IMG/VR virus record: IMGVR_UViG_2887127144_000001
Source: a virus
Lineage: Duplodnaviria; Caudoviricetes
Reading direction: 5' to 3' (one strand)
DNA: 64,000 nt
A program made the position numbers and the translations under genes. Each line of letters starts with the position of its first letter. The stretch's first letter is position 1. The notes below the pieces were generated by a model, which saw nothing but the letters and a program-made list of their open reading frames with translations, searched no databases and was not told the origin of the DNA. This document shows, piece by piece, positions 18,185-26,447 of the stretch.

Positions 18185-18604
18185 ATGGAAGGAAAGAAAC
18201 AAGATGTCGGGCTGACCGCCCCCACTTTTCAAGAGCGAGTTGGAGCCTGGATGGACGCCTGCTTCGGGCCCGTGATCTCCGCCGACAAGGTGGAGAGGAA
18301 CCACCGCTTCCTTGAGGAAGCTCTGGAACTGGTTCAAGCCTGCGGAGCTACGCGCGAGGAGTGCCTGCAACTCGTGGACTATGTTTTCGGACGCCCGGTC
18401 GGCGAGCCGAAGCAGGAGTCGGGCGGGGTCTCCGTCACGCACGCCGCCCTCTGTCTGGCAAACGGCATCGAAGTGCACGAGGCGGCAGAAGTCGAGCTTA
18501 GCCGGGTCTGGACGAAGATCGAGCAGATCCGGGCGAAGCAGGCGGCAAAGCCGAGGGGCTCGGTGCTCCCGATCTCGCCGAGCTACAGCGGCGCGGAAGG
18601 GTGA
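18185..18604 (+). CDS. MazG-like (all-alpha NTP pyrophosphatase fold) phage protein
   Basis: RFLEEALELVQ and QESGGV...LCLANGI resemble the EExxE/ExGD helices of the MazG-like family; the GD position is degenerate. Confidence 0.55.
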   Translation: MEGKKQDVGLTAPTFQERVGAWMDACFGPVISADKVERNHRFLEEALELVQACGATREECLQLVDYVFGRPVGEPKQESGGVSVTHAALCLANGIEVHEAAEVELSRVWTKIEQIRAKQAAKPRGSVLPISPSYSGAEG

Positions 18605-18611
18605 GGCGGTC

Positions 18612-19136
18612 ATGGGATGGGGAGATTGCGGCACCGACAGCAAGGGAAGGCCGATCGGCTACGTTCACGCGGCGACTTGCGACCATCCCGGATGCGACGC
18701 GAAGATCGACCGGGGACTGGCTTACGCTTGCGGCGGAATGCACGGGACTGGCGAAGGCGGCTGCGAGGGGTACTTCTGCGAGAAGCACCGCTACCATGTC
18801 GAGGACCCGTTCGGTTGGGTCGGCAGGCAGGAGGGCTTCGCTGTGCTGTGCGAGGCCTGCAAAAATGAACACAACGCCTACCTCGTCGAAGACCTGATCG
18901 AGGAACTGAAAGAACTTCGCGAGGGTCAGATCATGGCGCCCACCGACGCCCAACTCGCACGCCTGCGCGAGACGCTCCGCCCGACCATCGAGGAATGGGC
19001 TCGCGACTACGGCCTGCCGATGGGCAAAGAGCACGCCCAGCTCGAGAACCGTCTGGTGGCCGCGCTGCTTGCAATGCACGAGAGCGGGACGATAACGATT
19101 AACAGCAAGGCCGAGGGGCCGGAAGGAAGAGTATGA
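18612..19136 (+). CDS. Cys/His-rich phage hypothetical protein
   Basis: CDHPGCDAKIDRGLAYACGG...CEGYFCEKH. Confidence 0.7.
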   Translation: MGWGDCGTDSKGRPIGYVHAATCDHPGCDAKIDRGLAYACGGMHGTGEGGCEGYFCEKHRYHVEDPFGWVGRQEGFAVLCEACKNEHNAYLVEDLIEELKELREGQIMAPTDAQLARLRETLRPTIEEWARDYGLPMGKEHAQLENRLVAALLAMHESGTITINSKAEGPEGRV

Positions 19137-19306
19137 GAATAGGATTTGTGGAAGGATTATGGGTGGGTATGGCAGCGACGCTAATCCTGCTGATTTTGGT
19201 CGCAAAGACTTCGATGTGGATTTTGGATGATGCGTGTGCCCGCCAAGGTTGGAAGGGCGAGTCCTGCCAGTGCCGGAAGCTCGAAAAGGCGAAGGTGCAG
19301 CCATGA
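19133..19306 (+). CDS. Small membrane protein (MRIGFVEGLWVGMAATLILLILVA...)
   Basis: Hand translation, 57 aa, with ATGA overlaps on both sides. Confidence 0.55.
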   Translation: MRIGFVEGLWVGMAATLILLILVAKTSMWILDDACARQGWKGESCQCRKLEKAKVQP

Positions 19307-19656
19307 CCGCCCCCGACCTCCCCGCCCGCCTCGGTGCCGTTATCCGGCAGCGGCGCGTCCTGCTCGGGCTCTCGCAGCCCGCCCTCGCCAAGCGGGTCGG
19401 GGTGACCTTCCAGCAGGTCCAGAAGTACGAGAAGGGCACGAACCAGCCGACGTTTTGCCGCCTGGTCGACCTGGCGAACGCCCTCGGCACCACCGTAGGC
19501 GACCTGGCCGCGTCCGCCCTGCGTGGGGATGCCGGGGCCCAGGACGGACTTTCCGACCGCGAGACGCTGGAGCTGATGAAGTGGCTCGCCAGCCTCAGCC
19601 CGAACCAGCGGCGGGCCGTGCGGCAGCTGGTGGACGTCATGGCGGGGGCTGCGTGA
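19303..19656 (+). CDS. XRE-family transcriptional regulator
   Basis: IRQRRVLLGLSQPALAKRVGVTFQQVQKYEKGTN HTH. Confidence 0.88.
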   Translation: MTAPDLPARLGAVIRQRRVLLGLSQPALAKRVGVTFQQVQKYEKGTNQPTFCRLVDLANALGTTVGDLAASALRGDAGAQDGLSDRETLELMKWLASLSPNQRRAVRQLVDVMAGAA

Positions 19657-19868
19657 ACGCCGGGCAGAACGACCCCCTCATGCCGGAGAACGAGCTGGTC
19701 GCCAAGGCCAAGCTCGACATCCGGGACGGCCGCATCCATTACCGTCTCTACCAGCAGGACGGAACCATGCAGCCGATGGACTGCCCCGATACGCCGAGCA
19801 ACCGGCTATGCGTGTCCTGGATTCAGGCACACGACCGCTACACGCCAGGCGGTGCAAATGCGGCGTAA
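19653..19868 (+). CDS. Hypothetical protein
   Basis: GTGA-coupled ORF. Confidence 0.5.
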   Translation: MNAGQNDPLMPENELVAKAKLDIRDGRIHYRLYQQDGTMQPMDCPDTPSNRLCVSWIQAHDRYTPGGANAA

Positions 19869-19904
19869 ACGATTAATCAAAGGGCTGAGGCCCGAAGGAG
19901 GAGT

Positions 19905-20060
19905 ATGGAAGAGAAGAAGGTTTTGCCGTTGAACGAACTGCTCGACACGCTGAGCGAGAAGCAAGCCACGTTCATCCTCAACGCTTTGGTGACCGCTGGT
20001 TATGTGAGCCGTGAGCTGCTGGAAGACGCGATCAAGCTGTCGCGCTGGGTCAAGCCATGA
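19905..20060 (+). CDS. Small hypothetical protein (MEEKKVLPLNELLDTL...)
   Basis: AGGAGG RBS; hand translation, 51 aa. Confidence 0.55.
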   Translation: MEEKKVLPLNELLDTLSEKQATFILNALVTAGYVSRELLEDAIKLSRWVKP

Positions 20061-20584
20061 CCGCGGCCCCGAGCATGTCGCTCCTGAAGCGAGCTGCAGA
20101 CCGCCTGATTCGGCCCTTCTACCGGGATCCAGACTTTTACATCGGCGGCAAGGAGGACCCGTACCTGCTCCGCTGGTGGGTCATCCCACGGAACCGCTTC
20201 TTCAACATCTACCTGCACAAGTTCCTGCGGGACGACGACGACCGCGCGCTTCATGACCATCCCTGGGTCAGCCTGAGCATCATCCTGAAGGGCGGGTACA
20301 TCGAGCACACCGCAACCGAAGTTCGGCGACGCTATGCAGGCAGCATTGTCTTCCGAAGGGCGAAGCACGCCCACCGGATTGAGCTGCTCCGCAATCATCG
20401 CTGCCCGGTCGTGCCACCTGGCGACGAGCCCGCCTACTTCCGGCTAAAGCCCGCCTGGACGTTGTTCGTCACCGGTCCCCGCATCCGCGAATGGGGCTTC
20501 CACTGCCCGCAAGGCTGGCGGCATTGGCGAGAGTTCACCAGCCCGGTTGATAGCGGGAACGTCGGGAAGGGCTGCGAGCCATGA
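20057..20584 (+). CDS. Cupin-like phage protein
   Basis: LHDHPW-x-S-x-SIILKGGY-x-E, HRIEL and WTLFVTGP...WGF metal-binding cupin pattern. Confidence 0.7.
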   Translation: MTAAPSMSLLKRAADRLIRPFYRDPDFYIGGKEDPYLLRWWVIPRNRFFNIYLHKFLRDDDDRALHDHPWVSLSIILKGGYIEHTATEVRRRYAGSIVFRRAKHAHRIELLRNHRCPVVPPGDEPAYFRLKPAWTLFVTGPRIREWGFHCPQGWRHWREFTSPVDSGNVGKGCEP

Positions 20585-20862
20585 CGCCCTATGAACTGCG
20601 ACTGGCCTGCGAGGAGCGAATCCAGCAGTGGGAGCGCGACAACTGGGCAGCCGCTGAGTATCCTCACATCTACCTCACGCTGCCCTGGCTGGCGACTGGC
20701 GAGAACACCCGTCTGGCAAAGACGAAGGGCCCCATGTCGGAGTTCATCGCCAACGTAGTCGCAGGCCGTGGCACCACGGCTGCGTTCGATGCCCGCAAGG
20801 TGCTGGCTTACCTCGAACGCCATGCTGCTCCCCCTCCGCCCTCAGCCCCGCACGGCCTTTGA
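20581..20862 (+). CDS. Hypothetical protein
   Basis: ATGA-coupled 93-aa ORF. Confidence 0.55.
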   Translation: MTPYELRLACEERIQQWERDNWAAAEYPHIYLTLPWLATGENTRLAKTKGPMSEFIANVVAGRGTTAAFDARKVLAYLERHAAPPPPSAPHGL

Positions 20863-21029
20863 TGTGGTGATGCTGAGGCCGGAGCCATGCCGGGGCAAGG
20901 AAAAAAGACCGCTTTCCGCAAGCGGAAGCCTTCGGCTTTTTGTCCTTGCACGGCACAGCGCCACCGGCCTCGGGCGCACACACAGAAAGGCCCGATGAGC
21001 GGGCAAGAATCAGAGAAAGGAAGCTCGTT

Positions 21030-21377
21030 ATGACAACTCAAATTGCACAGCCTTCTCCAGCTCCTTGGAGCTACGAGTACAGCCCTTACACGGTCCGCAA
21101 CCCCGGCACTCACGGAGACAAGCAGGTGGGCGATGATATCCCCGCTTTCGAGATCTTCGACGCCGAGGGCAACAAGGTCTTCGACACGAATGAGGATACA
21201 CCTGGTGAATTACAGGAGGCGAACGCCCGCTTGGGCTCCGCCGCTCCGAAACTGCTGAAGGCATTGGTCCGCTGCGCCGAGCTGCTTGCTGATCACGACG
21301 ATTCCGAAGGCGAGGAAGGCGAAGCGTATCGTGATGCATTGGCCGCCATCGCTGAGGCGACCGGGAGGGCAGAATGA
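21030..21377 (+). CDS. Hypothetical protein with ANARL-x-x-AAPKLL motif
   Basis: AAGGA RBS; SPAPW N-terminus; EANARLGSAAPKLLKAL...AIAEATG. Confidence 0.7.
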   Translation: MTTQIAQPSPAPWSYEYSPYTVRNPGTHGDKQVGDDIPAFEIFDAEGNKVFDTNEDTPGELQEANARLGSAAPKLLKALVRCAELLADHDDSEGEEGEAYRDALAAIAEATGRAE

Positions 21378-21730
21378 CCAAGTACAACGTCCACATCTAC
21401 AGGGAAATGAAGCTTTACTTCCCCGGTATCGAGGCCGAGAGCCCTCAAGCAGCCGCCGATCTGGCAGCCAAGATGGATACCGCTGACGCTGATGACATCG
21501 TAAGTTGCGACGGTATCGACCTGGCCGCATTGGTCGATGTGGATGGCGACGATAACTTTGAACAAAGCGTCACTATCGCCTTCGAGCCGCAGCGCATGCT
21601 GGATGCAGCGCCGAGACTGCTCGCAGCGCTAAGTGAAATAGTCCGAGTGTACGCGGAGTATCCAGATGAGACTGCCCGGCAAATCGCCGAATCCGCCATA
21701 GCAGAAGCCACCGGCAAGGAGGCCGCATGA
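21374..21730 (+). CDS. Hypothetical protein with AAPRLLAAL...AIAEATG motif
   Basis: ATGA-coupled. Confidence 0.7.
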   Translation: MTKYNVHIYREMKLYFPGIEAESPQAAADLAAKMDTADADDIVSCDGIDLAALVDVDGDDNFEQSVTIAFEPQRMLDAAPRLLAALSEIVRVYAEYPDETARQIAESAIAEATGKEAA

Positions 21731-22332
21731 ACGTCATCGCCATCAAGCTCACCACCCCGGACGAGATCCGCACCGCCTGCGACATGGCTGTCCTGATGGG
21801 CGAGGAGCAGTTCCAGGTCATGTACAAGCCCGACCAGGCCGAGGACGACGACTACATCGGCGTCGACCTGGGCGAGTTCTCCCAAGCAAGGAGCGACGAC
21901 TACTTCCTCGTCGAGTTCCTCGAAGGCCGCCACTCCTGGGAGATGTGGGTCTACGAGTTGAGGCCTGCGGCCGTGGCCGATTCCGCCACGGCGAGCCTTC
22001 CTCCCGGCCCCTACCACTTCGAGCCTGGCGAAACCGCCGACACCTACCGCATCTTCGCGGCTGGCGAAGACAGGCCGATGGTCGAGATGATCTACATCGG
22101 CGGGGCGGAGGACTTCGCGGCCACAGCCAAGGCGCTGGCCCGGCTGTTTGCGGCAGGGCCGAAGCTGGTGCAATCGCTCCGGACCCTCGCTGAGCAGGCC
22201 GACGAGGATTGCCCACACGAATATCGGAGCAGGCATTTTGTCGAGGCTTTGGCAGACGCCAATGATGCCATCGTCGGGGCGACCATCGGACAGCCCAGCC
22301 AGCCTACCCCACCTCCCTCTCGATCTCCTTGA
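21727..22332 (+). CDS. Hypothetical protein with ARLFAAGPKL motif
   Basis: ATGA-coupled, 201 aa. Confidence 0.7.
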   Translation: MNVIAIKLTTPDEIRTACDMAVLMGEEQFQVMYKPDQAEDDDYIGVDLGEFSQARSDDYFLVEFLEGRHSWEMWVYELRPAAVADSATASLPPGPYHFEPGETADTYRIFAAGEDRPMVEMIYIGGAEDFAATAKALARLFAAGPKLVQSLRTLAEQADEDCPHEYRSRHFVEALADANDAIVGATIGQPSQPTPPPSRSP

Positions 22333-22753
22333 TCTGGATGCTCGTGATCAGAGCCTCGCCTTCGGCCCCTGCCGCGAACCCCCGGTCGCTCAGCCTGACC
22401 CACGGCATCCGATGCTGGTGGATCAGGTCGTAGAGCCGCCAGAGGTTGAGCCCTCCGATCGTAACCTCCCAGATCTTCGAGCCCACGAACCGCAGGCGGA
22501 TGATCTGGCCCTCCTTCTCGGCCCTGAACTCGCTGTGGCTGTCGAGCTGCACAAACTGGAAGCTCACGCAGCCCTTCGCCCCCAGCAGGCAATGCAGGGC
22601 GTAGACGGCCTTGTTCGCCGCCCTCGCGTGCGCCTGGTACGGGGCGTCCAGGGCGGGCAGCTCGGTTTCGCCCGCGTCGTCGACTGCCGGAACATCCGGC
22701 TTGGGGACCAGGCCATTCGGCCCGCCCTTCAGGATTCTATCGAGTTCGGACAT
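22304..22753 (-). CDS. Relaxase-linked hypothetical protein
   Basis: AAGGAG RBS inside the relaxase 3' end; 149 aa. Confidence 0.7.
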   Translation of the reverse strand: MSELDRILKGGPNGLVPKPDVPAVDDAGETELPALDAPYQAHARAANKAVYALHCLLGAKGCVSFQFVQLDSHSEFRAEKEGQIIRLRFVGSKIWEVTIGGLNLWRLYDLIHQHRMPWVRLSDRGFAAGAEGEALITSIQIKEIEREVG

Positions 22754-25475
22754 AGGCTCTCTCCTTCTCTCGCTGCACTGCAATAACAGTCGCAGCCTTC
22801 TCGCGCAACTGGGCAAATGCGAGCCGCATCCGCTCCGCGAGCGTGCGGACCCGCCGCCTCGGCTTCATCGGCACGGGAGCGCGGCGCAGCAGTTCCGTCG
22901 CCGACTTCCGCGGATCCGCCCTCTGGATGGCCTCGCGCAGCTCGGCCGGCGTCAGGTCGCTGTAGACCGTCGCCTGCTCCCGGCCCCGCGACACTGAGAC
23001 GTAGAACTGCTCCGCGCCCATCGCCGGGCGGGACTCGTGGCCCATGGCGATCAGCACGCGGTCGACCGTCTTGCCCTGGCTCGCGTGCGAGGTGGTGACG
23101 TAGCCGTGGGCCAGGTGGCCGAAGTCACGCCCCACGACCCAGCCGTTCTCCAGCACGATGTCGTCGTCCTTCGTGAAGCCCTTGACCCGATACATCGCTC
23201 CGTTGTTCAGCTTGTGCTTACCGTCCTTCGTCTTCCCGTTGGCGGTGACGCGGATCTGGTCCCCGGCGGCCAGCTCGATGGACGACGGCGTGTAGACCGA
23301 GAAGTGCGACGGCTTGGCGAAGTGGGCACCGGGCTTCCAGTCGAGCACCCGGACGCGGTCCCCGGCCCGGAAGGTGCCCGAGTTCCGGTGGAACTGCATG
23401 ACCTCGCCGCCCTCGTACCGCCCCAGGTCGCCCCGCTCGGCCTCCGTCCAGCCAAGGGGCACCAGCACCCCGACCTGCTTACCCTCGCTGGCGATTGCGC
23501 CCCGCTGCTTGAGCCGGGCCCGGATCTCCGCGGTGATCTCCCCGCCCTCCGCATGGGTCGGGGCGACGACCAGGACGGACTTCCGGGAATCGAGGGCCGC
23601 CAGGTAGTCCTCGACCAGCGTGGCATCGTCCTGGGCCTCCTTGACCCAGCCCAGGCCTTCGAGCTGGTCGTACCCGCCGAGGAGGTCGCCCTTGGCCAGT
23701 GACGCCACGGCGGCCTTGTAGCGGCCCTTCTGGCGGCGGATATCCTTCAGCTCCGCCACGGGCAGTCCGGCGAACTCCTCGAGCACCCGGAGCGTGGCTC
23801 CGCGCTCGACCGATCCGTGTTGCTTCCGGTCGCCCTGGAGCACGACGCGGGCACCGAGCCGCTCGGCGGCGTCGAAGACCTCCCGCACCTGCCGCATGCC
23901 CAGCAGCCCGGCCTCGTCCACCCAGATGACGCCGTCCCGAGCCTCCTCCTGGAACCTCTCGTCGATCAGGAACCGGGCCACGGTGTTGGCCTCCTGGAAG
24001 CCCTCCTTGCGGAGCACGGCCCGGCTGGCCTCGGCAGAGGGGGCCAGCACGACCACCGGGCGATCCAGCCCCTCGATGGTCGCCTTCATCGTGTGGGTCT
24101 TGCCAGTCCCGGCGGCCCCGCGGATCAGGATGACGCGGTCGGGCGAGTTCCAGACGTGGCGGGCGATGGCGGCCTGGTCGGGGGAGAGGTCAGTTCTCGG
24201 TTGCGCGAGCGGTGAGGTTGTGGCAGGATGCCTTTGGGATGCAGTAGTGGGAGCTTGAGGGTCGCAACCTGGGCTGTCCACACGGAGGGTCAAGAACTCC
24301 TGCATCCCAACCCCCATCGGCCGACACGTCCCCCGCCCGTTGCGGGCGAACCCGATCACCCGCTGCTCCTCGGCGTGCACCAGCCGGGTCGTGGCCTCCC
24401 CGTCCTTCGTGAGCAGGCCCTGCCGCTTCGCCTCCTCCTGAACCAGCTCCGGCGTGACCGAGCCGACGCCGTGGCGGATGGCCGTCTCGTAGAGCCTCTT
24501 CTCGTCCACCACGCTCCTGCGCTCGAACAGGTGGCCGATGGCGAACTCGACGGCCGCCTTCACGTCCCCCTCGTACCCCGCCTTGCCGACCAGCCCGGCA
24601 AGCTGCTGGCGCTCCGCGTCAGTCAGGCGGCTGACCCAGTAGCGGTTGAGGTCGTCGGCCCGCTCCTTGACCTTGCCCAGCCGGGTGGTCGCCCCGAGCG
24701 TGTTCCGGCCCTCGGGGCTGGTGATGCCCAGCTTCTCGGCGACCTGGTCGATGTACGCACGACGGCGGCTGAACTTCCTGACCAGCTCGTCGGAGATGCC
24801 CGCGATCTCGAAGGCCTTGTCCTTCTTCCGCACGCCGTAGCCGAGCTGCCGGAGGTTTGACGCCAGCCGGTTGTGGTAGATGGCCTCGTAGTAGGGCGCG
24901 TCGTGCTTGATCTGCCCCATCTCGGCGGCCTTCCACTTGCCCTCGGCCTGGTCCTCGGTGGCGTTGAAGACGACCACGTGGTCGTGAAGGCTCATGTCGG
25001 GCATGGCGTCCTGCCCGCTGACCCGCGTGTCTCGGTGCGTCACGCGGAAGGCGACCATGTTGCCGGTGATCCTGTCCTCGTTCTTTCCACCGGCCCGGAC
25101 GCGACCGCGCATGTCCGCCTCGACATAGCCCATGGCATGGGCCACCGCCTCGCGGTGAGCCCACTCGATACGGTCGTCACCTCGGTTGCCTGGCCCAGCC
25201 AACTCCCGCGCGATGCCCACCGACTTCGTGCTGTTAAAGTTCAAGTCGATGCCGACCCGCCTGCCGTCTCGGGTGTAGGTCGTCAGCGGCTGGCCGGTGA
25301 GCGGGTTCACATTGTCGCAGAGCAGCTCGAAGTCTTCCTTCCGAGCGGGCCCCACAAGCCCGAGAACCTCAGCGCCCTTGCCCAGCCAGTCGCCTTGCGA
25401 CTGCGCGTAGTAGTCCGACGCCTGGTAGTAGGCCTTCGCGGCAGCAGCATCGGTAATCCAGTGTGTTCGCAGCAC
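22737..25475 (-). CDS. trwC: MOBF (TrwC/TraI-type) conjugative relaxase-helicase
   Basis: N-terminal AKAYY...DYY tyrosines, W-x-GKGA, HRDTR and DMSLHDHVVVFN (HUH histidines), FSRRR; C-terminal RecD-like helicase GAAGTGKT, VDEAG, GDRKQH, YVTTSHASQGKT. Confidence 0.95.
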   Translation of the reverse strand: MLRTHWITDAAAAKAYYQASDYYAQSQGDWLGKGAEVLGLVGPARKEDFELLCDNVNPLTGQPLTTYTRDGRRVGIDLNFNSTKSVGIARELAGPGNRGDDRIEWAHREAVAHAMGYVEADMRGRVRAGGKNEDRITGNMVAFRVTHRDTRVSGQDAMPDMSLHDHVVVFNATEDQAEGKWKAAEMGQIKHDAPYYEAIYHNRLASNLRQLGYGVRKKDKAFEIAGISDELVRKFSRRRAYIDQVAEKLGITSPEGRNTLGATTRLGKVKERADDLNRYWVSRLTDAERQQLAGLVGKAGYEGDVKAAVEFAIGHLFERRSVVDEKRLYETAIRHGVGSVTPELVQEEAKRQGLLTKDGEATTRLVHAEEQRVIGFARNGRGTCRPMGVGMQEFLTLRVDSPGCDPQAPTTASQRHPATTSPLAQPRTDLSPDQAAIARHVWNSPDRVILIRGAAGTGKTHTMKATIEGLDRPVVVLAPSAEASRAVLRKEGFQEANTVARFLIDERFQEEARDGVIWVDEAGLLGMRQVREVFDAAERLGARVVLQGDRKQHGSVERGATLRVLEEFAGLPVAELKDIRRQKGRYKAAVASLAKGDLLGGYDQLEGLGWVKEAQDDATLVEDYLAALDSRKSVLVVAPTHAEGGEITAEIRARLKQRGAIASEGKQVGVLVPLGWTEAERGDLGRYEGGEVMQFHRNSGTFRAGDRVRVLDWKPGAHFAKPSHFSVYTPSSIELAAGDQIRVTANGKTKDGKHKLNNGAMYRVKGFTKDDDIVLENGWVVGRDFGHLAHGYVTTSHASQGKTVDRVLIAMGHESRPAMGAEQFYVSVSRGREQATVYSDLTPAELREAIQRADPRKSATELLRRAPVPMKPRRRVRTLAERMRLAFAQLREKAATVIAVQREKERAYVRTR

Positions 25476-25481
25476 GCTGGA

Positions 25482-25509
25482 ATAATAGGGCTGGACAAGC
25501 GCGTGTCAA
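25482..25509 (-). promoter_or_regulatory. Sigma70-like promoter of the relaxase gene, probably leaderless
   Basis: Minus strand TTGACA (25509-25504)-16 nt-TATTAT (25487-25482), 6 nt before the GTG start; no Shine-Dalgarno. Confidence 0.55.
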
Positions 25510-25813
25510 TTAATGCTATGGGCGATTCGGCAAGCCGACCGGGCTGCTATGGGGTTCGCTTGCGCTCCCGTCGCGAGCGACCGGCTGGCGCCGCCCTCCG
25601 CATCCCTATCGCAATCGGCGAGAGATGGAGGCCAACGGGGCGCTGCAATGCCACGGCCCGGCCTTAATGCGGTCAAGGGTTTCACGAGCGGCTGCGCCGC
25701 CCTTGACCGCAGTCCGGGCCGCGGCGAAGGGGCATCCATTCGGCAGTAGGGCGAGGCATCGAGCAAGCTCGTGCCTTCCCTACTACCTCAACCATTAACA
25801 GAAAGGGAATCTC

Positions 25814-26134
25814 ATGAGCACCAAGCAGCTTGGCATACAGGAAATCCAGAGAATCGCGAAGGAGTTAGGCGATCGTCTGGAGCAAGTAAGTAACCGAATG
25901 CCGTTGGGACGCAGGTTAAGGGACAAGGCCGATCGAATCAGAACCCTCGCCAAGACACTGGACGTGATAGCCAAGACGCCCAACGCCGCCGTGAACCGCG
26001 AGGCCCTCGACGCGTGGCTTGCAGAACTCCGTGAGGCCCATGCGGCGCTCAAGGCATGGTGCAAGCGGATGCTCCGCCTCGATGACCTTCAGGCCGACGA
26101 GGACGAAAGCGATTGGGACGAGATCCCGTTCTGA
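25814..26134 (+). CDS. Hypothetical helical protein with acidic DEIPF tail
   Basis: 106 aa, RBS present; ends DEDESDWDEIPF, an SSB-like interaction tail. Confidence 0.65.
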   Translation: MSTKQLGIQEIQRIAKELGDRLEQVSNRMPLGRRLRDKADRIRTLAKTLDVIAKTPNAAVNREALDAWLAELREAHAALKAWCKRMLRLDDLQADEDESDWDEIPF

Positions 26135-26170
26135 GGGGGCGGGGCCGGGTGAGAATCCGGCCCCTCTCCT
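26135..26170. terminator. Hairpin between the convergent ICE and phage operons
   Basis: ggggccgg...ccggcccc stem directly after the 25814-26134 stop. Confidence 0.5.
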
Positions 26171-26285
26171 GAGTCGGTCAACTGAGCCGGGCGGGCAAGC
26201 CGCGGTGAAATCCCGTGAGATTCGGCTTCACACATCTCTCCTGTGGGTTGCCCCCAGGTGATGGAACGGAGCAAGCTAACGGAGA

Positions 26286-26441
26286 TCACCGAAAGTTTAG
26301 CTGCCAAAGCTCATCGTCCTGCGCCGGCAGCGTAGCGTCGGTATAGATCGCCTCCGGCGATTCCTGATGCCAGGCAGCGTATCCGACCACGCCCCAGAAC
26401 AGGGCAAGGGCGAGCAGCGACCAGATCAGCCCCCAGTTCAT
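26286..26441 (-). CDS. Small membrane protein (MNWGLIWSLLALALFWGVVGYAAW...)
   Basis: Hand translation, 51 aa; last gene of the leftward phage operon. Confidence 0.55.
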   Translation of the reverse strand: MNWGLIWSLLALALFWGVVGYAAWHQESPEAIYTDATLPAQDDELWQLNFR

Positions 26442-26447
26442 CGGCAA

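Larger units (their letters stand above)
1..26200. mobile_element. Integrative/mobilisable conjugative-type element (relaxase + coupling protein, no mating-pair genes seen); left boundary outside the window
   Basis: Contains AlpA-like excisionase, VirD4-like T4CP, ParB, DUF932 and MOBF relaxase. Right boundary is approximate (terminator at ~26135-26170, then a convergent phage operon). Confidence 0.75.

Noticed and set aside
3437-25475. Self-transmissible conjugation system
   Set aside because: No VirB4 ATPase or other mating-pair genes are recognisable in the window; only mobilisation functions are supported.
26135-26290. att site or tRNA fragment at the ICE/phage junction
   Set aside because: No tRNA-like sequence or repeat matching elsewhere in the window was found by eye; a partner copy could lie outside the window.
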